This document shows, one piece after another, positions 20,975 through 30,300 of a stretch of DNA of 44,372 bases. The position numbers and the translations under genes were made by a program. The stretch covers positions 1 to 44,372 of the forward strand of contig JWZX01002974.1 in assembly GCA_001275005.1 (NCBI GenBank), read 5' to 3'. Under the pieces are notes generated by a model that was not told the origin of the DNA, did not search any database, and saw nothing but the letters and a program-made list of their open reading frames with translations. Position 1 is the first letter of the stretch. Each line of letters begins with the position of its first letter. Origin of the DNA: Chrysochromulina tobinii. Its lineage: Eukaryota.

Positions 20975-21349
20975 GCGTGGTAGTGGCTGGTCGGTACCTT
21001 GTGTGTCGATTCAACCGACCCTTTCTCAATAAAGAACGGGGGGTGGGGGCCGGATCCTTGAAAATCCTCGCCGGTGTGTTAGTCCACCGAGCGACGCGAC
21101 CGCGGTGACAGCGCCCGTCTGTCCTGTGTTTCGTGTGGTAGTGGCTGGCGGGGTGGCTGGTCGGTACCTTGTGTGTCGATTCAACTGACCCTTTCGCAAT
21201 AAAGAACAAGAAGAGAGTCCTGTGTCTGCGTGCACCCTTGGGATGAGACTGTGGGATCACGCTTGGACGCGTGAACAAGATGAACATGTGTTCCGCGTGG
21301 TAGTGGCTAGTCGGTACCTTGTGTGTCGATTCAACTGACCCTTTCTCAA
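20975..21349. repeat. Three spaced copies of a ~55-60-bp element in a divergent intergenic region
   Basis: The core tcggtaccttgtgtgtcgattcaa is identical at 20991, 21161 and 21311. It is flanked by gtggtagtggct and (c/t)gacccttt..caa. Confidence 0.9.
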
Positions 21350-21383
21350 GATCAACAGCCTGTTCACACGGGCAGGGTGCAGT

Positions 21384-24300
21384 ATGCAAGAACTCATCGC
21401 TGTTCTGGCCGAGCGTGCGCACAGCGCGGCCAACGACGGGCACTACTCGACTGCGCATGCGCTCTACTTTTCGGCGGCTACCTTCTCGCGCCTCACCTCG
21501 CACAGCATTTCGGCGTCCAACATGCTCTACAAGGACGGCCAGGCGGAGGAGGCAGAGAGGTCCTACCGAACTATTGTTGAGTCCAATGACAAGCTCGCAC
21601 CCAATGCTCTCTCGTCGATCGAGCAGAAGATGGCCGACATTGCTGCGGGCAAGCGTTCGCCTGGAGGCCGGCCACTGGGCTCGCCGCCCTCGCCGATCGT
21701 CGTCATCGGCACCATTGGAAAGACTCTCGGGGATCAAATCTTTGCGACAGGGCTTGCGGCTAGTGAATCAGCAGGGGACGCGTACACGGCCTGGTCGCTC
21801 TTCGCCTCGTGCTACGCGCTCGGTGGTGGCATGCCTGCGCGCATCAAGCTGGCCGACATGCTGCTCAGGCTCGCGCGCCCGAGCGAGGCGCGCGTGGAAT
21901 TTGAGTTGATGCTGTCCCTCACCGGGGTCCGCGACAAGCTGAGCCCGAAGAATGAGGAGCTGGTGCGCCGCAAACTCGCCCAAGCCATTTCCGACGAGGG
22001 CTCTGGCCGCGCGTTCTCGCAGCCCGCGACGGCTCTGGCGACGGCGGCGGAGGTGATGGCGAGCGATGCTGCGCAAGCGGAGGCGTTGCGCGACGAGGTC
22101 GAGGTGGAGCAGGCACCCGAGGCGGCGCAGGCGCCCGAGGCGGCGCAGGCACCCGAGGCGGCGCAGGCACCCGAGGTGGCGCAGGCGCCCGAGGCGGCGC
22201 TTCGAGATCGCAAGCTGGAGCGGGAGGCACGCCAGCTGCGCCGAAGGCTCGAGCTCGCCGAGTCGCCGACGAAGCTAGCGGGCGGCGAGGCGGAGGAAGA
22301 GGCGTCGAGTGACGAGGCAACGCCGGAGATGGAGGCGCGAGTCTTCAAGCACCTCGACGGTGCCGCTCCGAAGGCGATGCATGCGTCCGCGATCAGAAGC
22401 GCGGCTGGCCCACGCTGGTCGGAGTTCCCACCGGTGCTGATGTCGCTCTCCGAGTGGGTGCACCAGCTTGGTGGACTCGACCTCGAGATGTACGAGTCGT
22501 TCAACTCGCAATACAAGCCGTCTGACTGGACGCGTAACCAGGTGAGTGACGAAGAGCTATTCACGTTCGCGATGGACGGTAGCGGCGGTCAGGTCGCAAT
22601 CTGGCGCAACGATCCGAACGCGACGCCCGATTGCTTACCGGTCGTGTTCCTCGGCAGCGAAGGCGAGATCGAACCGCTCGCAACGAGCCTGCCGCTGTTC
22701 ATGCACCAGCTCGCGCACGGTTTCGGTCCGATCGAGCTCGCCTTGGGGAGATCGAGCGAGGACTCGCCGAACGAGGGCATGCTCGCGTGGCTGAAGGGCA
22801 CGTTCCCACAGGTGGCATTCAAGGATCCCAAGGCCGTCTGGACGGACGCGAAGATGGCGCTATCGAGCTTCGAACAGTATCTGAGGTCGCACTTGAAGGT
22901 GGAACAGCAACTTAACTCGCACTTGAAGGTGGAACAGCAACTTAACTCGCACTTGGAGACGGCTTCGGTGGCAGCCTTGGAAGCCACCGCAGCGTCCGCC
23001 AGGGGAGACGGGCTCCCGACAAGTTCGGGGAGATGGGCTCCCGGGGAGATCGTGGCCTTGGAAGCCACCCCGATCTCCCCGATCTCCCCGATCTCCCCGA
23101 TCTCCCCGATGGGCTCCCGAGGAGATGGGCTCCCGAGGATACACCACAGCGTAGGTGAGGAGGCGGCGGCGGCGGACGCAGACGCGGCCGAGCAGGCCAT
23201 CGGCATGAGCGGTTTCAGCGCGAGCGTCGCGACGTTGTTGACGCCTCCCAAGCCGGCGCTCATCACGGCGCTCGAGGGCGGGCCGTCATTTGAGATGACG
23301 CCAGCAATTACGCCAGCGTCCAAGCACGGTCCTTCTCCCTCCGCGCTGCCCGTCCCCGCCGCCGTGATGAGCAGGCTCGTCAACAACCTGGGGCGTGTGG
23401 CGGCGGTAGAGGCAGCTAGTAAGGTGGTCAAGGCGTCCGAGGCGGAGGCGACAGCGGTGTCCGAGGTGGTCGAGGCGATGGCGGCGTCCGAGGCGGAGGC
23501 GCGGATGGAGCGAATGGAGGCGGACGCCGCCGCTCCTGCCGCCATCATTGACGCGGCAGCCCCCGCGCTTGAACGTGCGCCCACATCCGAGCCCGCGCCT
23601 CACGTTCTGGCGGCGCCCGCACCGGCATTACCCGCACAGGCAGTACCGGCACCGGCAGCACCGGCACCGGCAGTACCCGCACAAGCAGTACCGGCACCGG
23701 CAGCACCGGTTGCGGTGCCGGTGCGAACGCCGACGGCGAAGGCCCCGAACGCCGACGCCGCGTCGTCCGCCAACCCGGCGAAGTCGGAGGCCCAACCCGG
23801 CTCCGCGCGGCTGCCGGTGGCAACGGTACTCTCGCCCAACACGGCGCTACCGAGCGGTGCGCCCCTGCTGCGTCTGATCGTTGTGGGTGACTCCGGCATT
23901 GGCAAGTCGGCGCTGCTGGAGCGTTTCGTGCATGCACGATTTGGCGCCAAGGGCGCCCTCGCGACGCTCTCTGTCGACTTGAGCACAGCGAACGTCAGCC
24001 TGGGCGCTCAGGCCGTCTCCGTGCAGCTCTTCGATACCGCGGGTCAAGAGCGCTTCGCGCCGCTCATCGGGCCGTACTATCGGCATGCGGACGGCGTGCT
24101 CGTTGCTTACGACGTGGGTCATCGGACGAGCTTTGAGCGTGCCATATCCTACTGGGCCTCCGAAATTGCGAAGAATGCGACGCCTGGCACGCCAGTCGTG
24201 CTCGTGGGCACCAAAGCTGACCGCTTGTGTGAGCCAGGCTACCGCCGAGTCGAGACACGAGAGGCCGAGGAGGCCGCGAGCGCGCTCGGATGGCCCTATT

Positions 24301-24473
24301 GCGGTGAGACGAGCGCCGCGACGGGCGTGAGCGTAGGTGAGGCATTCTATCTGCTCTCATGTGAGGTGATGAACGCTCGCTTCGATGCCGGCCGCGCCGC
24401 AGATGGCGGGGCGCCCCCTATCAAAGTTGAACTCGGCGAGCATCCTAAGGGCGCGGCAGGCTGCGCCTGCTGA
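21384..24473 (+). CDS. Giant Rab-family GTPase: N-terminal helical (TPR-like) repeats, central SUKH/SMI1-KNR4-like domain, C-terminal Rab domain with CxC prenylation motif
   Basis: Uninterrupted 1029-aa ORF. Rab motifs: LIVVGDSGIGKS, QLFDTAGQERF, YYRHADGVLVAYDV, LVGTKAD, ETSA, ending GCAC*. SUKH-like segment: FTFAMDGSGGQVAIW...PVVFLGSEGEIEPLATSLPLFM. Confidence 0.85.
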   Translation: MQELIAVLAERAHSAANDGHYSTAHALYFSAATFSRLTSHSISASNMLYKDGQAEEAERSYRTIVESNDKLAPNALSSIEQKMADIAAGKRSPGGRPLGSPPSPIVVIGTIGKTLGDQIFATGLAASESAGDAYTAWSLFASCYALGGGMPARIKLADMLLRLARPSEARVEFELMLSLTGVRDKLSPKNEELVRRKLAQAISDEGSGRAFSQPATALATAAEVMASDAAQAEALRDEVEVEQAPEAAQAPEAAQAPEAAQAPEVAQAPEAALRDRKLEREARQLRRRLELAESPTKLAGGEAEEEASSDEATPEMEARVFKHLDGAAPKAMHASAIRSAAGPRWSEFPPVLMSLSEWVHQLGGLDLEMYESFNSQYKPSDWTRNQVSDEELFTFAMDGSGGQVAIWRNDPNATPDCLPVVFLGSEGEIEPLATSLPLFMHQLAHGFGPIELALGRSSEDSPNEGMLAWLKGTFPQVAFKDPKAVWTDAKMALSSFEQYLRSHLKVEQQLNSHLKVEQQLNSHLETASVAALEATAASARGDGLPTSSGRWAPGEIVALEATPISPISPISPISPMGSRGDGLPRIHHSVGEEAAAADADAAEQAIGMSGFSASVATLLTPPKPALITALEGGPSFEMTPAITPASKHGPSPSALPVPAAVMSRLVNNLGRVAAVEAASKVVKASEAEATAVSEVVEAMAASEAEARMERMEADAAAPAAIIDAAAPALERAPTSEPAPHVLAAPAPALPAQAVPAPAAPAPAVPAQAVPAPAAPVAVPVRTPTAKAPNADAASSANPAKSEAQPGSARLPVATVLSPNTALPSGAPLLRLIVVGDSGIGKSALLERFVHARFGAKGALATLSVDLSTANVSLGAQAVSVQLFDTAGQERFAPLIGPYYRHADGVLVAYDVGHRTSFERAISYWASEIAKNATPGTPVVLVGTKADRLCEPGYRRVETREAEEAASALGWPYCGETSAATGVSVGEAFYLLSCEVMNARFDAGRAADGGAPPIKVELGEHPKGAAGCAC
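22107..22199 (+). repeat. 18-bp coding repeat (EAAQAP) ~x5
   Basis: gcaggc(a/g)cccgaggcggc units seen directly. A 30-bp duplication (SHLKVEQQLN) is also present at ~22888-22955. Confidence 0.85.
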
Positions 24474-24953
24474 GCAGACAGCAGAGTTGTTTGGGCCGAC
24501 ATTCACGCCTCAACCACCATGTTTGGAGTATGAGTGCGTCGGATTCTGTGTGTGTGTCCGTAGCCTTTCATCCGCTCGTGTCCTATCCGGAAGACAGTTA
24601 CGGAGTAGGACTAGAGGATGTACACGCGAGGTATCGTATTATATATTAAGAAGCTAGCGTGTTCGACTGTCCGCGCGTGTCGGCTCGCGATGGAAGTTGC
24701 CGCCCGAGCCCGCACCGTTTCGTTTGGATATGCAGTGTTTAAGCTCTGTAGACTCAAGACACTGTGGTTGACCTCGCCGCCCACGCTCCACGCTGCTCGA
24801 CGCTCCGCTCGGCTCGGTCGCACGCCATCGGATCTTCATACAACTGTATGGACAACTTCACATGTGTAGCTACGTTCGTCTGTGGTGTTCACGTCTGCAC
24901 ACGCGGCACATGCCTCATGCACCGACATCTTCACTGTCGCCCATCCTCACGCT

Positions 24954-26642
24954 TCAGGCGACCTTCTTGGCCGCCATGAACTCGGCAATAATGCCTTGGG
25001 CAATTCTGCGCTTCTCGGCATAGGCAATTCTGCGCTTTTCGGACGCCTCGCGGCGCTTCTCCATAAGCTTTGTCGCCGATGCCACGGAAGCCATGTGGCG
25101 CTTTTGCTCCTCGAGCTCCGCGTGGAGATCGACGAGCTGGAGATCGAGGAGCTTCGTCTGCCCTGCGTCGTCGGAGTCGAGCTCGTCGAACACGTGGTCG
25201 ATGGCGTCCGTCCCTGAGACGCCGAACCCAGTTACGGCATGGTGGTCCACATCGTCCACATCGAGCGTCTCCCAAAATCCGATGCCCCAGTCGGACAGCT
25301 CGTCGGGCATAGCCGCAAACCGCTCGCGCTCGAGCCGCGCGTGCTCGTCCATCGCGTCGACCCGCTCCACGTCGTTGTTCGCAAGACGCTTGAAGATGGC
25401 CTCGGGATCCGTGGCGCAACTCGCGCTCGCCGCTACGTGGGTGCTATCCGTATCGTGCTTCACGCCGTTTGCGTCAGTCCACGTGGTCTCGAGGTCCGAG
25501 TGTGCCATCAGCGCCGTCCCCCGGTCGCCCATCGGCTCGGTGGAGAGGCCAACCAGCTGAAGAGCGTCGCTCAGGCACGTGGCGGCACCCTCGGCGCCCT
25601 TCCAGCAATCCTCGATCGCTACCTGGACGTCAGTATAGTGAGTCGAGCCCGTTGCGAACTCGTACGAGGGGCGCGGGACGCTGCATTCAAACTGTGTGTT
25701 GACGGGAGCAAACCGGTGGAACACCGAGAACTGCCTGCTTTCCTCGTCTCGGGTCAGCGTGAGCGCCGCGACCTTGGGATGCTGCTTAATCGACTCGAGC
25801 GCGGCATTCCACGACAGCATCGTCTTCGCGTTACGGTCATTCATGCACTTCGTCGGCGGCTTGGCCGACAGGAGCTGGCCGGCCGTATTGCCGTTGACGA
25901 ACTGCGGGAACAGCTTCAGCGTAATCGTGCAGTCCGAGGGGGGGCAGATGTTTTCTGGCACGCCCGCACAGACGAGATCGCGGACGCGGGAAAAGTACTC
26001 GGCGAAGTCATACTCCAGACCCTCGTATAGGGAGGGGGAGTCACCGGTGAGGCCAACAGGTTGGAAGCCTGGTTTCTTGGTGCCGTGCTTGGCGCCTTGG
26101 GCGCTCAGAGCCAGGATCTTCTCCGTGAGCACCGGGTTGCTGTTCCTAATGAGGGTGCCAGTGTCGGAGTCGAAGATTGCTTTCGCAAATGACGACATGT
26201 TGCATCCGGAGACTGGTACGCTTAGCGTCGACCAGACGACGCCCTCCCGGAGTGGTGTGCTCGTGTACGCGAACGGCTCCCCGAGGTCGAACACGCACGG
26301 GTGCTCGTTGAGCGCCTGCCCAAACTCCGTCGTGCCGCTTCCGTGGTCAGAGACGATGACCAGCACCTGTGCGCGACTAGAGCTCCCGTCGGCTATCGGA
26401 GTTTCCGTCGACGGGAGCGCTTCTGGAACTTCCGTTCCCGTGGTGATCGGAACGCTGATCGATGGGAGTGCATCGGGAATCTCCGTGTCCGGTTTCTTCC
26501 GAGCTTCCGTCGAAGGGAGCGCCTCGGGAACCTCCGTATCCGGGATATCGTCGGTGTATCCTGGATATTCTTGCAGGGGAGACACGAACGCTATCCTGGG
26601 AGCAACGCCCAGGATCAGGAGTGCGACTTGCACGAGCAGCAT
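24954..26642 (-). CDS. Secreted sulfotransferase-like (P-loop) protein with N-terminal TEVPEALPS repeats
   Basis: Signal-peptide-like MLLVQVALLILGVA; VLVIVSDHGSGTTEFGQALNEHPCVFDLGEPF resembles the sulfotransferase 5'-PSB loop followed by HP...EPF; later TLKLFPQF and LTLTRD...RQFS; C-terminal coiled coil. Confidence 0.6.
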   Translation of the reverse strand: MLLVQVALLILGVAPRIAFVSPLQEYPGYTDDIPDTEVPEALPSTEARKKPDTEIPDALPSISVPITTGTEVPEALPSTETPIADGSSSRAQVLVIVSDHGSGTTEFGQALNEHPCVFDLGEPFAYTSTPLREGVVWSTLSVPVSGCNMSSFAKAIFDSDTGTLIRNSNPVLTEKILALSAQGAKHGTKKPGFQPVGLTGDSPSLYEGLEYDFAEYFSRVRDLVCAGVPENICPPSDCTITLKLFPQFVNGNTAGQLLSAKPPTKCMNDRNAKTMLSWNAALESIKQHPKVAALTLTRDEESRQFSVFHRFAPVNTQFECSVPRPSYEFATGSTHYTDVQVAIEDCWKGAEGAATCLSDALQLVGLSTEPMGDRGTALMAHSDLETTWTDANGVKHDTDSTHVAASASCATDPEAIFKRLANNDVERVDAMDEHARLERERFAAMPDELSDWGIGFWETLDVDDVDHHAVTGFGVSGTDAIDHVFDELDSDDAGQTKLLDLQLVDLHAELEEQKRHMASVASATKLMEKRREASEKRRIAYAEKRRIAQGIIAEFMAAKKVA

Positions 26643-27359
26643 TTTTTTTTTCTCTTCTCCAAATTAGGGCTTACTAGCATTTCTAAATTAGGTTGCTTTC
26701 ATAGCCAATGTTTATTTCACACCTCCCCATGACACATGATGACAAAACTCAATACCGCACGACACGACAGCGAAACTGCACGCCAGGTGGTCTCTTCTTC
26801 ATGCGCTTGCACACTACCCTATCCCAACTTGCCCAGCAAACACGCCAGCGCCACGACCTCCTCTCCGTCTCTCCTTTACTGCACCCTCTGTCTCACGTCT
26901 CGTCTCGTTCGCGCCCGTCCAAAAGGCAATCTGACCACGCTCGCCAGGCGCCATCACTCAATCCACGTCGGCGCCCTTCTGATGCGCCCGCTGAGTCTCG
27001 CGACGGCTGCATCAGACGGGAGCGCATCAGAAGGGCGCTTGCGCGAATGGCATTGGCAACTAGTGGTCGCCGCCGCCGCCGCCTTTGCCGCCTTCGCCTT
27101 CGCCTTCGCCTCCGCCGCCGCCGCCACCTTGTGTGTCCAAAGAAGGGTTGTGCCCGATTTGGAAAGGTTTTCTGTTCTAGATCCTTTTTGGGGGTGTGAA
27201 TGCCGAACCTGGGAAAACACACACAATCATAAACACAGAGGAAGTACACGCAAGCAAATACATGCAAATATCGCCGCTGTGCAGTGGCGCGAGCAACGTC
27301 CAAGAAAGTACCCGTGCCAGGCGTTGCCGGCTTGCCGCCCGGGTGCGTCTCCGGGGTCG

Positions 27360-30300
27360 TCACGAGGACCGCCGCCGCCAGCTGAAGCTCTTCGTGCGGC
27401 GCGCCGGGTCGGCTCCGTCCATGCCAGTGCTCGCGGGGGTGGTTGAGCCGGAGCGAGGGCTGAGCATGGGGAGCATGGGGGTGAGCCATCCCAGTGTCGG
27501 CAGCGAGCGCGTCCTAGCGATGGCCGCCGTCGCCTCGGGAGAAGAGGGAGAAGCCGGGAGTGCAGCGCGGCCGCCGTCACCGCCGCCGCTGCAATCGCCA
27601 TCCTCGCGCGACCGCCGTTGGGTGCTCAGCCCTAATGTCTTCGACACCTTGTGAGCCATGCTGCCGAAGCTCACGCGGCGCTCAGAGCGTCCTCCTGAAC
27701 GTCCTCTTCTGCTTATTGGCGGCCCTTTGGCAGCCTGCGCGGCGTTGCGCTCGGGCGCAGGCACGGGCGCGAGCTTCAGAGCTTCTTCGCTGAGTGCCTT
27801 GGGGCGGCTAGAGGTCTGGGCACGCGAGCCGGCTGGCGCATCGTCGGTTTCGTCATCCTCGTCGGTGTCGTCGAGCTCGAGTGTCCCCTGGAGGAGGCTC
27901 TGCACATCCTCGGGCAGCGACGACTCGAACATCTGCAGCCAGCGGAGCTGCGACTTGTTCGTGCACACCTTGCACGTGCACACAGGGCGCCAGGTGCCTA
28001 GCATGTCTTCTGCGGAGACGGGGCTCATACTGCACGTCTGGCGGCCGGGAGCGTCGGGGTCGTCACAATCGACCGCCTGCCCATCCACCACTGTAGTGGC
28101 GCTCTCATCCGGAGGCTGCGCCCCCTTGGCGGCCGCCGCCTCGGCGGCCTTTGCGTCGGCGGCGTCCGGCTTGGCGTCAGCCTTGGGCTTTGTCCGGACA
28201 CGGCCACGAAAGTGCTTGGCGCTGGCGCGGCTGCGGCTGAGCAGCGCACTCACCGAGCCGCTCACAGGCCCCGAGAGCCGTTTGGGACGAATGAGGGACT
28301 GCTTGGCCTTTGGTGGCACCTTCTCGTCCTTGGGGAGCTTCCCCTTCTCGTCCTTGGGGAGCTTCCCCTTCCCACTGCTCGTTTTCGTGACCGTCTTGGA
28401 GTCGTCGGCGCGGCATGCCGACGAGCCGGGCAGGGTGCGCGCGCCTTTCGGGTCAAAGTCCCACAGGCCGAGCCCGCGATAGCGGGAGAGCTTCTGCGCA
28501 ATCTCGGCGGCGTTGGGCTGGTTCTGCTCCGTTCGAGGCGCGGTCGCGATGAGCATCGCGTTCCGCGCGGCGATCAAGCGCGCCTCCCCCTCCTGCTGCG
28601 CCGACGGGCGCCACTGGCGCGCGCCACCGCTGCTCATCCGCGTCTGCAGGCTGGCCTTGAGATCTCCCGGGAGATCTCCCACGCTCGAGGGTGATGCGTG
28701 CCGAGCGGCTCGGTCGAGCGCCCGCACGCCCATGCCGCCCTCAATGACCATGCCCGTCGCGTCGCGCGCCTTCTCCATCAGATCGTTCGACGGGCGCCAG
28801 TGCAGCGCCTGCGGCAGCAGCGGCGACGCGACCTGGTCGTGCTTCTGCTGCTCGCCCGACTCATTCGAGATCCGCCCTTTGCTGCGAAGGTCGAGCAAGC
28901 TGCGGGGAGCGCTTTTCCGCGGCGGCGGCGGCGGCGGCAGCGGCGCAGGCGCTTCCCCCAGCTCGGCGGTCCCACGCTGGCGCGGCGGCGGCGGCGGCGC
29001 CGCCATCAGGCCGAGCATGACCGACAGTCCCCTTTGCATCCGCTCGAAGCTGAGCGTACGCTCAAGGCCCACCTCGCGCGGCGGCGGCTCCGGAGCCGCC
29101 GCCGCGCTCATGGCCGCCGCGTGCATGGCCGCCGCGTCTGCCGTGACGTCGCCCGACGGGGGCGGGGCGGTGTCGCGCCAGGGTGCGGACGAAGTACCTC
29201 GGCTAGGACGCCACTGGAGGACTGTGACGAAATCTGGAGGGGCCGCGGGCTCGGGCGCGGGCGCGGGCACGGGCACGCAAGGCGCTGAGGCCACCTCCGA
29301 GGCGACCTTCGAAGCGGTGACGACCACATGTGCGTTTAAGGCCACGCCCATCTCGCGCGATGGCGCCGCGCCTGAAGCCCCTGCCACCTGCGCACACCCG
29401 CCGAACTGCGGGAAGAAGCCAGCGATGGCCTCTAACGGCGAGCCCAACGGCACGTCGTCCGGCGACGACGCCTTCGAGGTCGCGTCGGGCTGTGCAGCTC
29501 CAAGTGCAGCGGGCGTGCCAGGCACCGCCGCCATCACAGCGCTCTTGCGCTTCGGTGGCTCCGGCACGATGCTTGCCTCTTGCTCGGCGAAGGCGCGAAA
29601 GCGCTCCATCTGTGCCTGGACGCGTGCTGCCGCGCGCCCCTGCACTTCCTCGACGCGCTCGCGAGTCACCTCCTTCGTGTACACGGAGGCCTCGTACCGC
29701 TTGATGGACTCGACGACCATGCCGCGCTCCTCGTCACGCTCGGCCTTCTCGATCTCCTCGGAGGAGACAGAGGTGGCACACGGACGCCACAAGGACGTCG
29801 GTGCTTGGCGCGCTGCCTTGGTGTGGGGCGCGGCTGCCTCCGTGTTGGGCTGGCTTGGCGGCTTCCAGGCGCGCCTCGTGGCGTGCGAGGCGGGCTCAGG
29901 CGAGGCTGGCTCAGCCGTAGCGCCAGTCCATGCGCCCATGGACAACTTGCCGACCGAGGCTCGGGACGAGGACGACGAGGGTGTCCCCTCGGGCGTGTTG
30001 CGAAAGCATGCCGTGCGATCTCGCACCTCGGACATGGCCTCAAGGAGCTCGGCGATGTCGGGCGGCATGGCGAGATTCTCGGAAGGCGCCGGCTCGGTAC
30101 CCACAATGGTCTTTTCGAAGGCTCCTCTGGCCGCCTTCTTGGTCTCGCGAGAGAGCGCCGCAGCGGGCGGGGGCTGCGTCGACTCCCACCGGGCATCCGC
30201 TGAGCGGCGCGGCTCGGGAAAGCACGCCGCCGCTGAGGGGTCCGCGGCCTCCTCGGCGGCCTCCTCAGCGGCCTCCTCAGCGGCCTCGGCCGCCTCCTTG

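Noticed and set aside
20975..21349. CRISPR array
   Set aside because: Eukaryotic context, no cas genes, only three units, and repeat and spacer lengths (~60 and ~100 bp) outside the CRISPR range.
26954..27226. Small Ala/Lys-rich ORF (AAAAEAKAKAKAAK)
   Set aside because: It derives from a GCC/GCCTTC microsatellite, has no ATG start and shows no domain evidence.
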